Assembly (NCBI GenBank): GCA_009785325.1
Contig: WQWN01000003.1
Span: 24,450 to 88,449, forward strand
Direction of reading: 5' to 3'
From: Candidatus Saccharimonadota bacterium
GTDB taxonomy: Bacteria; Patescibacteriota; Saccharimonadia; Saccharimonadales; Saccharimonadaceae
DNA length: 64,000 bases
Shown here: in pieces, positions 35,944 through 45,438 of the stretch
Layout of the letters: each line of letters begins with the position of its first letter
Numbering within the stretch: position 1 is the stretch's first letter
Translations under genes and position numbers: made by a program
The notes under the pieces: model-generated
Databases searched by the model: none
Told to the model about the DNA's origin: nothing
What the model saw: only the letters and a program-made list of their open reading frames with translations

Positions 35944-37416
35944 GTGACCAAACCAAAGACACCCACTAATTCAACCTCCTCACCCACAAAAATAGTGAAT
36001 TTTTTGATAATTTCCACCTGTATCATCCTCTTCGGCCTCGCAATCCACACCCCTATCATGGTCTTTCTATCTTCACAATTCCCCGCTGCTACTATCTTCT
36101 TCCAAGCATGGAAAGAAATTCTCCTCGGCGCAAACACCATCCTCGCCATCTACCTCATCACTCGCCAAAAACTCTGGCACACCTTCCTCCACCACGCTGT
36201 CTTCCGCGCCTCCGTCATCTTCTGTGTCTTTGGTCTCGTCGTCGCCCTCCTCACTTTCCAAAACTTTCATTCATTCGCCGCCGGCCTCATGATCGGCTTC
36301 CGCTTTATCCTAATTTTCCTCCTCATCTTCACTATCCTCCACCTCTATCCATCCGCCAAAAACCTTTTCCTGAAAACTATCATCGCTGGTGCCACTCTCA
36401 TCCTCACCTTCGGTACACTCCAAGCTCTCATCCTTCCGCACGACGTCTTATCCCACATCGGCTACTCCGAATCCACCATCCTCCCCTACCAAACCGTCGA
36501 CCAGAACTACGATTTCATCCGCATCAACTCCACCCTCCGCGGCCCCAACCCTCTCGGCGCCTTCGCTCTCATCACCCTCACCTTCGCCACTACGTACCTA
36601 TTATATTCATGGGTACAGAGACACAAAAACACACGTTCAGCACGCAATTCATCCTGTCGTATTACGCAGGACGGCGAGTACTTAGCTACGAAACCTGTGA
36701 CGACAGGATTGAGGAGCGGCGACGGGATGGATGGAGTGTTGAAATTACGTGTATTTTCTACCTTCCTCATCCTCACCTCTCTCATCTGCATCTATTATAG
36801 CTTTTCTCGCGCTGCTCTCCTCGCCTCTGTCATCTCTACCGCCACAGCCGCCTTCATCACTCTCTTCCACTTACGTCCCCAACTCATCAAAATCCTCCTC
36901 CCTACCATTCTCCTCCCTATCGCCCTTATCGCAACCACGATATTCATCCACCGCGACCACGCCTTCGTCCAAAACGTCTTTTTCCGCACCAACTACTATT
37001 CCACCAGTCCCGAAACCTCCGACGAACAGCGCATCGACTCACTCCAGCACGGCATTACTCAGATCTTCCAAAACCCTCTCGGCGTAGGTGTCGGCACCAC
37101 CGGATCTGCCTCACTTTACACCGACCACCCCATCATCCTCGAAAACCAGTTCCTCTTCGTCTCTCACGAAATCGGCATCTTCGGTCTCGTCATCTTCCTA
37201 TATATTCTCACTCTCATCTTCATCCCTCTCGTCAGACGCCACGACCCACTATCTGTCGCTACCTCCTCCGCTCTTGTCGGCCTCCTTGTTATTGGTCTCT
37301 TCCTGCCCGTCTTCGCCGATGAAACCGTCTCTATGATCTTCTTCACCCTCGCCGCAATCGCACTAACTACAAAAGGAGTAAAGTATGCCCACAAAAAAGC
37401 AAAAAGAACTTCTTAA
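35944..37416 (+). CDS. O-antigen ligase/polymerase-like (Wzy_C family) membrane protein carrying an insert
   Basis: About 10-12 TM helices. The YYSFSRAALLA...HNQFL-like ENQFLFVSHEIG pattern is present. The start (GTG at 35944) is uncertain. Confidence 0.6.
   Translation: MTKPKTPTNSTSSPTKIVNFLIISTCIILFGLAIHTPIMVFLSSQFPAATIFFQAWKEILLGANTILAIYLITRQKLWHTFLHHAVFRASVIFCVFGLVVALLTFQNFHSFAAGLMIGFRFILIFLLIFTILHLYPSAKNLFLKTIIAGATLILTFGTLQALILPHDVLSHIGYSESTILPYQTVDQNYDFIRINSTLRGPNPLGAFALITLTFATTYLLYSWVQRHKNTRSARNSSCRITQDGEYLATKPVTTGLRSGDGMDGVLKLRVFSTFLILTSLICIYYSFSRAALLASVISTATAAFITLFHLRPQLIKILLPTILLPIALIATTIFIHRDHAFVQNVFFRTNYYSTSPETSDEQRIDSLQHGITQIFQNPLGVGVGTTGSASLYTDHPIILENQFLFVSHEIGIFGLVIFLYILTLIFIPLVRRHDPLSVATSSALVGLLVIGLFLPVFADETVSMIFFTLAAIALTTKGVKYAHKKAKRTS
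36613..36750. repeat. in-frame bias-breaking insert in the O-antigen-ligase-like gene, colinear with the ABC-F insert
   Basis: Encodes VQRHKNTRSARNSSCRITQDGEYLATKPVTTGLRSGDGMDGVLKLR in a loop between TM helices. Shared words: CTGTGACGACAG (36695-36706; stem CCTGT/ACAGG), GCGAGTAC (36674-36681) and AGCTACGAAA (36684-36693). Confidence 0.5.
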
Positions 37417-37711
37417 TTTTATCGAAAAATTCCTCGCAACCAACGACTACTCTCCCAGTTACCGCGAAATCATGACCGCCCTCGGCTACCGCTCCGTCTC
37501 CACCGTCGCTGAACACATCAACAACCTCGTCGCCCAAAACCTCCTGATTAAAGACGAATCCAACCCTCGCTCCCTCACTCTCTCCTCCGCCGAAGACCCC
37601 CATCATGCATGGTTCCGCACCAAATACCAAGAACTCAAGTCCCAAAACCCCAACCCCACCACCCTCGCCGCCATCGAAAAAACCGCCACTGCTTTCGATA
37701 TTTCACTATAA
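37385..37711 (+). CDS. LexA-like winged-helix DNA-binding protein lacking the S24 peptidase domain
   Basis: KKQKELLNFIEKFLATNDYSPSYREIMTALGYRSVSTVAEHINNLVAQNLL matches the LexA N-terminal domain. It is only 108 aa and overlaps the upstream gene by 32 nt. Confidence 0.6.
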   Translation: MPTKKQKELLNFIEKFLATNDYSPSYREIMTALGYRSVSTVAEHINNLVAQNLLIKDESNPRSLTLSSAEDPHHAWFRTKYQELKSQNPNPTTLAAIEKTATAFDISL

Positions 37712-37779
37712 TTAAACCCTTGCAAACACCCAGATCTTGTGCTTAAATAAACCCATAAAAGATATAGAGCGAGCACCTC

Positions 37780-38295
37780 ATGAAAAACAAAAAGTCAAAA
37801 AAACCACTCATATTAACTATTATCTGCGTCGCCATCGCCGCTTTCGCGGTCACGGCTTTCTTCGTTTTACGTAACAGCGAGGAAGAACCAAACCCTTACG
37901 CAAACCCCGAAGACTCCTTCCTCAATCGTCCAGACCAACCATCAGATGAGCCTTCACACGTCCCCGATAATCAACTACCCGAACAGCCCACTACTCCCGC
38001 TCCAGGTGAGTCTCTATCTGTCACCATTACTCAAGCCTCCACCACCCCAGACGGCATCCTACACATTACAAGTCGCATATCTAGCATTCTCGAATCCGGC
38101 ACTTGCCACCTCACACTCACTCATGGCAACACCACCATCACCCGCGAAGCCGACATCTTCAACAACCCCCAGAGTGCTACCTGTCAAGGTTTCGCTATCC
38201 CCACAGACGAACTTTCATCGGGTACTTGGCAGATAAACTTACGAGTCACATCAGGAGATAGTACAGGATTAGCCAACACGGAGGTGTCAATATGA
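37780..38295 (+). CDS. hypothetical membrane-anchored/secreted protein
   Basis: N-terminal KKSKKPLILTIICVAIAAFAVTAFFVL helix. No recognisable family. Confidence 0.45.
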   Translation: MKNKKSKKPLILTIICVAIAAFAVTAFFVLRNSEEEPNPYANPEDSFLNRPDQPSDEPSHVPDNQLPEQPTTPAPGESLSVTITQASTTPDGILHITSRISSILESGTCHLTLTHGNTTITREADIFNNPQSATCQGFAIPTDELSSGTWQINLRVTSGDSTGLANTEVSI

Positions 38296-40214
38296 AACTC
38301 AAGTCCCGCCTAATAGTCCAAAATCCACCCAAGTTCATATTCTTCACTAGTCTCGCCATTATTTTTGCTACTACTGCATTTGCGATCACTTCACTTCTCG
38401 TCCTACACGCTGACCGTGCCGAAGCCGTCGACCTTTCAGGATGGCGCGCCGGCAACATTATCGACGATTTCACCATGACCAACTACCGCACCATGACTGC
38501 CGCCGACATCCAGAACTTCCTCAATGCCCGCAACCCCAATTGTTTACCAGGCGCTACTTGTCTTCGTAACTTCACCGAAAACGGTCGCACTGCCGCCCAG
38601 ATTCTCTTCGACGCCTCCCAAGAATTCCGTATCAACCCCCAAGTCCTCATCGTTAAACTCGAAAAAGAGCAAGGCCTAGTCACCCACCGAAGCCCCGAAG
38701 CTTGGCGCTTCCGCACCGCCATGGGCTACGGCTGCCCCGACTCCACCCCTGGCGTTTGCGACGGTCAATTCTGGGGCTTCACAAACCAAACTACTTGGGC
38801 CGCTCGCATGATGCGCGCCATCATGAACCAATCCCCCACCTGGTGGGTTCCATTCCGTCTCGGCTGGAACAGCATCCACTACCACCAAGACCTTCAACGT
38901 TGCGGTCACAGCCCCGTCTACATAGAAAATCTCGCCACTCTCGCTCTCTACTCTTATACTCCTTATCAACCAAACGCCGCAACTCTAGCTGCTGGCATCG
39001 GTGGAATCGGCAACGCCCGCTGTGGCGCCTACGGCAACCGCAATTTTTACATTTTCTTCAACGCCTGGTTTGGCCCCACCCGCCAGGACGATCATATCTG
39101 GCGCAATATGGACGAACCTCGCTGGCTCGAAGCCACAGGAAGCACGTGGAAAATCGACATCGAAACAAACCAACGAATCGGATCACAGATCACCGAAGGT
39201 CATCAAATCTTTTTTTCCACTCGCCTCAACCGCCCCAATACCCTCTGTCTCCGTACTGAATTTGATGAACTACACGACATCCCTCATTGCATCCTCCTCT
39301 CCGATTTACGTCCAGTCGTCATCAATTACGACCCAATTAACCTTGTCATTGAGGCTCGCGAGCCTGTCAGTAAAGAAGCTTTCATCAATCGCCGAAATGT
39401 CCCCAAGTCTACCGTTTCACGTTATCGCCAGATCGAAGTTGTCGAACGCTTCACTCTAGGAAAAGGGACCTTTGCCGAGCGTACTTTTTACCGCACTCGC
39501 TTCGACCAGACTAATGGCAATCTTCATGCATTTCCTGCTGAGGCATTTGCCATCGTCAATTACAACTTCGAGTCCATCGACACACTCTCGCTCTCAGTAA
39601 TCCCTGGCGCTCAAAAACGCGCTCTTACATTTAACTCTTATGACACTTGGATCAACCCAAATCTCAACACATTAACTTTCGCTTCTCGTATCTCCCGTGA
39701 CGGGCGTAACTTCTATCGCACTACTCATGACACAGATAGACTGCTTGGTCTAGCTATTCCCGCCAATTACCTCCGCATACACACCCTTGACCTCCAACAT
39801 CCTCGCTGGATGTCCACAATAAGATCCACTCAAAAAATAAACCTCCTAACTGGCGAAGTCGTCGCCACTATACCAGCAAATACCGCTATTTATTTCTCCC
39901 ATCAAATCTGGTTCAACGATGTTCGTTATTTTCAAGCTCGCGAAGACATCAATACAAACTATGTTATTATCGCCCAAGATATCAGCGAAATCCCATTCAC
40001 TAACCTAGACACTCCTCGAATTATGACGCTCGCCGAAGACGCTTTCAAAATCGACCCCACCCTACACCAACCAACACAACACGGACCATACCAGGCCAAT
40101 ACATCCATACAGTTCACGAGCCGTATCGTAATAGATGGGCAGATATTCTATCGCTCTGCATTCGATCAAGCCCGCAACAACCGACTCACATTTCCAGCGA
40201 GCGCACTCAGATGA
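38292..40214 (+). CDS. secreted protein with a conserved N-terminal module and five ~65-aa repeats (possible cell-wall binding/hydrolase-associated)
   Basis: Signal anchor present. The N-terminal module is GNIIDDFTMTN..MTAADIQNFLN...INPQVLIVKLEKEQGLV...GYGCPD. The repeats match ..F.SR....DG..FYR...D......PA..L. Confidence 0.55.
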   Translation: MKLKSRLIVQNPPKFIFFTSLAIIFATTAFAITSLLVLHADRAEAVDLSGWRAGNIIDDFTMTNYRTMTAADIQNFLNARNPNCLPGATCLRNFTENGRTAAQILFDASQEFRINPQVLIVKLEKEQGLVTHRSPEAWRFRTAMGYGCPDSTPGVCDGQFWGFTNQTTWAARMMRAIMNQSPTWWVPFRLGWNSIHYHQDLQRCGHSPVYIENLATLALYSYTPYQPNAATLAAGIGGIGNARCGAYGNRNFYIFFNAWFGPTRQDDHIWRNMDEPRWLEATGSTWKIDIETNQRIGSQITEGHQIFFSTRLNRPNTLCLRTEFDELHDIPHCILLSDLRPVVINYDPINLVIEAREPVSKEAFINRRNVPKSTVSRYRQIEVVERFTLGKGTFAERTFYRTRFDQTNGNLHAFPAEAFAIVNYNFESIDTLSLSVIPGAQKRALTFNSYDTWINPNLNTLTFASRISRDGRNFYRTTHDTDRLLGLAIPANYLRIHTLDLQHPRWMSTIRSTQKINLLTGEVVATIPANTAIYFSHQIWFNDVRYFQAREDINTNYVIIAQDISEIPFTNLDTPRIMTLAEDAFKIDPTLHQPTQHGPYQANTSIQFTSRIVIDGQIFYRSAFDQARNNRLTFPASALR

Positions 40215-41080
40215 GTTTCGTTGTAGATCTTAAAATTGCTAAGTTCTTCCGCAAAAACCGTAAAAAACTCCCTCAAGTTCAAGACGCACTAACCACCATA
40301 GATCACATCCTAAAAACTCATCCGTCTGTCACACGTTTCGGGGATGGCGAGTTTGACCTTATTCATGGACTCGACATAAAATTCCAAAAAGCCACTCCCG
40401 ACCTATCAGATAGACTCGCTCAAGTCCTCAACTCTCCGCAAAACGACTCTCTACTAGTCTGCGTGCCTAGCACGTTCGATCAGACCGGATATAGGCATCT
40501 CACTACAGCCTCTAAAGAATACTGGTTCACTTACTTAAATAATCGCATTGACAAGATCGTCATCCCAAAGAACAAACTTTATTATGACGCTAACTTTACG
40601 CGCTTTCACCTTCGCAATCGCGATCGCACATATAGTCAAAAACTTATAGGCGGCATCAAGCAGATCTGGAAAGATCGTAATATTGTCATTATTGAGGGCG
40701 CGAAAAGCCGCCTCGGCCTTGGTAACGACCTTTTCCACAACACCACCAACGTGCGCCGCATTCTCTGCCCTACATCAAACGCCTTTTCTAAGTACCCCGA
40801 AATCCTAGGTACTGCCAAAACATACCCCCGCAATACACTATTCCTCATCTCTCTAGGCCCCACTGCCACCCTGCTTTCCTATGATCTTCATCATGCTGGA
40901 TACCAAGCCCTCGACATTGGACATATCGACCAAGAGTACGAATGGTTTATTAGTGGTAACAGTTCGCGCACTCCTATCAAAAACAAAGTAGTCACCGAAT
41001 TAGGTCAATCTGAATCTGATGCCCCTGATCACATTACTGACACAAAATACCTCTCCGAAATCGACTCTGAAATCTCCTAG
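40211..41080 (+). CDS. GT-D fold glycosyltransferase (DUF1792-like)
   Basis: VTRFGDGEFDLIHG ... IVIIEGAKSRLG ... LISLGPTATLL pattern. Confidence 0.55.
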   Translation: MSFVVDLKIAKFFRKNRKKLPQVQDALTTIDHILKTHPSVTRFGDGEFDLIHGLDIKFQKATPDLSDRLAQVLNSPQNDSLLVCVPSTFDQTGYRHLTTASKEYWFTYLNNRIDKIVIPKNKLYYDANFTRFHLRNRDRTYSQKLIGGIKQIWKDRNIVIIEGAKSRLGLGNDLFHNTTNVRRILCPTSNAFSKYPEILGTAKTYPRNTLFLISLGPTATLLSYDLHHAGYQALDIGHIDQEYEWFISGNSSRTPIKNKVVTELGQSESDAPDHITDTKYLSEIDSEIS

Positions 41081-41090
41081 TGTAATAGAT

Positions 41091-43064
41091 CTACTTTAGA
41101 GTATCTTTCACTTTTCGTCGAACATTTTTCACAAGCTGCCTAGACGCCCCCTTGATCGATTTCACGCGCGCCACTTCCTCCTCCACTCGCCGCAAGTCCT
41201 CCTCTAGCTCTTTCACTCGTTCTCGTAAGCCACTATTTTCAACAGCACTCACAAAAGCCTTCACTCCCACACTATTCAATACTTGCATCCTAGTAAATTG
41301 CATCTCCGTCAGCACATCTTCCGCACTCATTTTTGGTACATCTGTCCAAGCAAACGATTTCTCATTATTAAACCCCGTAAATTCCTCGCAACGCCTTATT
41401 AGATCCTCACGCAACTTCAAATAATCTTTCTTGTTTTTCGGAGGCTTATTCACATCAAACACTCTACCGTCCCTCACAAACTCTTCTTCAGTATGTAATC
41501 TTACTAGTTCTTCCAACCCAGAGAATCTATCTCTCTTCTTGTCGATAGTATCTTGAGTATTTAATAGAAGTACCGGCGTTTCTAGCGCCAAACACGGCAG
41601 TGACGTGTGAAGTCTCGATGTCACTACGCAATGTGCTGCTTGATATAAATACAGATACAACTCCGCCTGCCTCATCTTTGCCTCATTACTAAGTGTGTGA
41701 TCTGCTGTATTTGTTAGGTAAACCACATGTCGCTTCGTCCTAGCTTTCACCGCCTCTAGCACTTGCTTATTCGTGTCTGTTAGCAATATGAAATCCTGCT
41801 TTCTAATACGCTGATCTCTCTGTAATGTCAAGGTCACACAGCCAGAAAAGTACGTATCCACTCCATTTTTCTCAAAATACTCCTTTGCGCCCAAACTCCT
41901 AGCTCCCACTGGACCATTTCTATTCAAGTACATAATGCTCTCTTCTTGCACAAACACTTCACCCGCCGCCATATCAGTATCTACATACATAGATATCAGC
42001 AGGGCATCTAGATTATTGTACTTCGGCGGCCATATCACGGGATGATGCATATACCAACCATTCGCAATTAACTTAACATCTTCTCCATCACTCCCAGCTC
42101 TCCATCCACCGATTCTGTCCCGATCAATATAATAATTAATAAACGGCAAAAAACGTCGTGCCGCAATCGCCTGTATCTCGTCTCCTACATTCTCAGTCGA
42201 AAACTTATATAGTGCAAACTTACACTTAGTACCATACGCCACTTCTCTATATTCATCCAAATAATCTCGATATGTCTCCACAGCTCCTTTTTGCTCCACT
42301 CCAAACTCTTTGTCTTCCCACGGCTTATCTGTACCTGTATAATGAACAATTACAGCATCCCCCAGCCCCTCACCATCATCTTCAGACCTATGGTGTCTCG
42401 TATAGTTATACTCTTTTCCCAAAAGCTCAATCTCATCACGAAACACAATATTCAACACGTCCTGATCTTGAAACTTTATTTGCCCGTGCATTTCACGCGT
42501 CATCCTAAATAACTCTTCACCCTTATTCTCGTCACGCATCTTCTTCAGATTCATTACTAACACGCCCGCATTCACATACCCTTCGCCCGATAAACCTATA
42601 CTCTCTAGATACCTCTCGCCTTCGCCGTCCATCCACGACGCAATCCATCCATCTTCTATACCCGCTAACGCTTTCCCCGTCAAATCCACACCCCAAAGTT
42701 TCTTTAGATCCCCCCGAACCACCAGATCTACATCCAAATAAATAACCTTATCCACCTTCGGCAATACCTCAGGCAACAAGTACCTAAAGTACGTCTCTCG
42801 CGTAATATACTCTATATTCAACGCTAGTGTATCAATTTTCTCACGCCATTCGCCCATCTCTACAAGCTTAAGAGTTATATTACTAAATCCCCCGAGAGTC
42901 TTCCTCATCTCACTAACTCTATCCTTTGACAGTTCGTCCCCTAGCACATAAATCTCGAACTTACTTTCTGGACCATTCTTCGCAAGCGAATAAATCGCCA
43001 CTCCTAAATTCTCCATATATGCATTATTAACCGCAAACGCAACTCTAATTAAGTCCGAATCCAT
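41091..43064 (-). CDS. fusion of a GT8 glycosyltransferase and a polysaccharide pyruvyl transferase, with a C-terminal coiled coil
   Basis: The N-terminal part has IRVAFAVNNAYMENLGVAIYSL, IYLDVDLVV and NAGVLVMN (GT8). The central part has YKFSTENVGDEIQAIAARRFLP...VVTSRLHTSLPCLALETPVLLL (PS_pyruv_trans). The start was chosen at the ATG at 43064. Confidence 0.7.
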   Translation of the reverse strand: MDSDLIRVAFAVNNAYMENLGVAIYSLAKNGPESKFEIYVLGDELSKDRVSEMRKTLGGFSNITLKLVEMGEWREKIDTLALNIEYITRETYFRYLLPEVLPKVDKVIYLDVDLVVRGDLKKLWGVDLTGKALAGIEDGWIASWMDGEGERYLESIGLSGEGYVNAGVLVMNLKKMRDENKGEELFRMTREMHGQIKFQDQDVLNIVFRDEIELLGKEYNYTRHHRSEDDGEGLGDAVIVHYTGTDKPWEDKEFGVEQKGAVETYRDYLDEYREVAYGTKCKFALYKFSTENVGDEIQAIAARRFLPFINYYIDRDRIGGWRAGSDGEDVKLIANGWYMHHPVIWPPKYNNLDALLISMYVDTDMAAGEVFVQEESIMYLNRNGPVGARSLGAKEYFEKNGVDTYFSGCVTLTLQRDQRIRKQDFILLTDTNKQVLEAVKARTKRHVVYLTNTADHTLSNEAKMRQAELYLYLYQAAHCVVTSRLHTSLPCLALETPVLLLNTQDTIDKKRDRFSGLEELVRLHTEEEFVRDGRVFDVNKPPKNKKDYLKLREDLIRRCEEFTGFNNEKSFAWTDVPKMSAEDVLTEMQFTRMQVLNSVGVKAFVSAVENSGLRERVKELEEDLRRVEEEVARVKSIKGASRQLVKNVRRKVKDTLK

Positions 43065-43070
43065 ATCAGT

Positions 43071-43076
43071 ATTATA
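43071..43076 (-). promoter_or_regulatory. -10 TATAAT 6 nt upstream of the ATG at 43064 (leaderless-type)
   Basis: The rc of attata. Confidence 0.5.
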
Positions 43077-43144
43077 TCTCAATCACCCCACATCGCAAAC
43101 GACAGACTTCCAGCCTCCTCTTTGTTTTCCATAGCAAAATCTTG

Positions 43145-43150
43145 TAAAAT
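43145..43150 (+). promoter_or_regulatory. -10 TAAAAT (preceded by TG) 8 nt upstream of the ATG at 43159 (leaderless-type)
   Basis: Seen directly. Confidence 0.45.
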
Positions 43151-43158
43151 ACCTTATT

Positions 43159-45387
43159 ATGAGTAGCTCAAAAAACACATACTGGCTTTTCACCACCGAA
43201 TTCCCTCCATACTATGGTGGCGGTATTAGCACATACTGCACGCATACCGTAGCTACACTAAAGGACTCTTTCGACCTCACTGTTTTCGTTCCTGACCTAA
43301 ATACCTCAGACTACATTATTAAACAAACTGGCGACTACCGCGTTATCGCGTTTCATCCCACCTTCGGCACCGCCGAAGAAATGGGCTACACAGCACGTCT
43401 TAGCCGTCGCTTCTACGACATATCTTCTCAGATTTCAGAAATCGACACAGTTCCACCAAACGTAATTGAGACCCAAGATTACAACGGCATCGGCTATTTC
43501 ACTATCCACAAAAAGCGCGAGCTCGCTCCACACCTCCAAAACACCCATATCATCCTCACCGCCCACAGTCCATCTTTCCTCTGTATGCAATTCGAAGAAG
43601 TCCCCATGTACACCTTCCCCGAATACTGGATTCACTACATGGAAAAATACTGCTATTTAAATGCCGATGCTGTCATCTACCCCAGCAAATTCATCCAGAC
43701 CGAAGTTCACAAACTCCTATCCCCAAATCAAAATGAGTCCGTCATTCCCCACCCATTCCAGCCCACCACATCCGATTTGTCAGAAATCAACTTCGACTCT
43801 CTCACCGAAATCGCCTACGTCGGCGCAATCAACAAACTTAAAGGCGTAGATAATCTCTGTGCCTGGATCAAAAACAACTTCTGGGATAAGGGTAACGAGC
43901 TCACTCTGCGTCTCATTGGCCGCGATGGCTACGCCGCCGCAAAGAATCTCCCCTACTCAAAACTTCTCGCTCAAAAATACTCTTCCCAAATAACCTCTAA
44001 TACCCTCATTTACGAAGGCTTAGTCGCCCCTGAACTAATCTCTCAAAAAACTACAAACTCAAAAATCTTCATCATCCCTAGTCTCTTTGAAAGTTTCTCC
44101 TACGCCGCCTGCGAGCAGCTCGCTTTAGGAAAAATCGTCATCGCCTCCACTACTGGTGGGCAGTCTGAGCTCATCCAAAACGACGAAACCGGATTCGTAT
44201 ACACGTCAGAATTCGAATTTACCAAAGCACTACAAAAATCCCTAGCCTTATCAAAAGAAGAATACCAAAACATCACTACCGCCGCCCAAAAATTCCTCAT
44301 CAAGCATTGTAGTTACAAAAATGTCCTTCGCCAAAAACAATCTTTCATCAATTCCCTCTCTGCACCCAGCTCGTCCAATATATATAACTTCGTCTTCGAC
44401 AATCGCCGTGATATCGATCCCCCAAAACCACTCGCAAAAACCCCCAGTACCAAAAAACTCCAAAAATCCCTCCTGTCCGTCATCGTTCCTTTCTATAATA
44501 TGGAAGAGTATGTCGACGAAACCATCGACAGCCTCCTAAACTCCACCTACACAAATCTCGAAATTCTCGTTGTCAACGACGGCTCCACTAGCCCCAACTC
44601 TCCCACCAAACTTCAGGAGCTAAAAACCAAATCTGATAAAATAAAGATTCTCGAAAAGCCAAACGGCGGACTTGCCAGTGCCCGGAATTTCGGATTCGAA
44701 CACGCTTCAGGCGAATTCGCCTGCATAATCGACTCCGACGACTACATTTCACCAGACTACCTCGAACACGCCGTCAAAATCCTCTCACACTACGAAAATA
44801 TTCATTTCGTCAGTTGCTATTCTCAAAGTTTCGGTGCAAATACAGAACAATGGTGTACATGGGACGCCGAACTACCTTACTTCCTCTATCACAACTCCTT
44901 TGTCACTTCATGCCTTGTCTACAAAACCTCCGCAGCCCTCACTGCCGCCACAAACGATCCCGCCATGACTTATGGTATGGAGGACTACGAAAGCGCCGTC
45001 AACATGCTAAACCACGGCTTCCGCGCTATCGTCATCACCGAGCCATACTTCCAGTATCGTGTCCGCCCCGACTCTATGTTTCGCCAATTCAACTTCAACT
45101 CTATCGCTTTTCTCACTGCCAAAATCGCCAACAAACACGCAAATCTTTTCTCTCCTTATGCCACCGAGCTCGCATGTCTCTACAACCAGAGCGGCTCATC
45201 ATTCCTCATGCACAACCCTACCTTCGAAACACAGTCCACCGCAAAAATGAGAGCAGTTCTCACAAACACTCCTCCCACTCTCCGTTCCGAACTAAAAAAC
45301 ATTGTCGTCAAAATCCTCATCAAATTCCACCTCCTCCCACTCGCAAAACTCTTCAAGCACAGCTTCGCAAAACTCTTTAATCGCTAA
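43159..45387 (+). CDS. bifunctional GT4 + GT2 glycosyltransferase
   Basis: SFSYAACEQLALGKIVIASTTGGQSELIQNDETGFVY is the GT4 EX7E region. LSVIVPFYNMEEYVDETIDSLLNSTYTNLEILVVNDGS...IDSDDY is GT2. Confidence 0.8.
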   Translation: MSSSKNTYWLFTTEFPPYYGGGISTYCTHTVATLKDSFDLTVFVPDLNTSDYIIKQTGDYRVIAFHPTFGTAEEMGYTARLSRRFYDISSQISEIDTVPPNVIETQDYNGIGYFTIHKKRELAPHLQNTHIILTAHSPSFLCMQFEEVPMYTFPEYWIHYMEKYCYLNADAVIYPSKFIQTEVHKLLSPNQNESVIPHPFQPTTSDLSEINFDSLTEIAYVGAINKLKGVDNLCAWIKNNFWDKGNELTLRLIGRDGYAAAKNLPYSKLLAQKYSSQITSNTLIYEGLVAPELISQKTTNSKIFIIPSLFESFSYAACEQLALGKIVIASTTGGQSELIQNDETGFVYTSEFEFTKALQKSLALSKEEYQNITTAAQKFLIKHCSYKNVLRQKQSFINSLSAPSSSNIYNFVFDNRRDIDPPKPLAKTPSTKKLQKSLLSVIVPFYNMEEYVDETIDSLLNSTYTNLEILVVNDGSTSPNSPTKLQELKTKSDKIKILEKPNGGLASARNFGFEHASGEFACIIDSDDYISPDYLEHAVKILSHYENIHFVSCYSQSFGANTEQWCTWDAELPYFLYHNSFVTSCLVYKTSAALTAATNDPAMTYGMEDYESAVNMLNHGFRAIVITEPYFQYRVRPDSMFRQFNFNSIAFLTAKIANKHANLFSPYATELACLYNQSGSSFLMHNPTFETQSTAKMRAVLTNTPPTLRSELKNIVVKILIKFHLLPLAKLFKHSFAKLFNR

Positions 45388-45438
45388 CTAAATTCTTCTG
45401 AAGTTTAACCAGAAACACCGGAACGGCGAATATAAACC

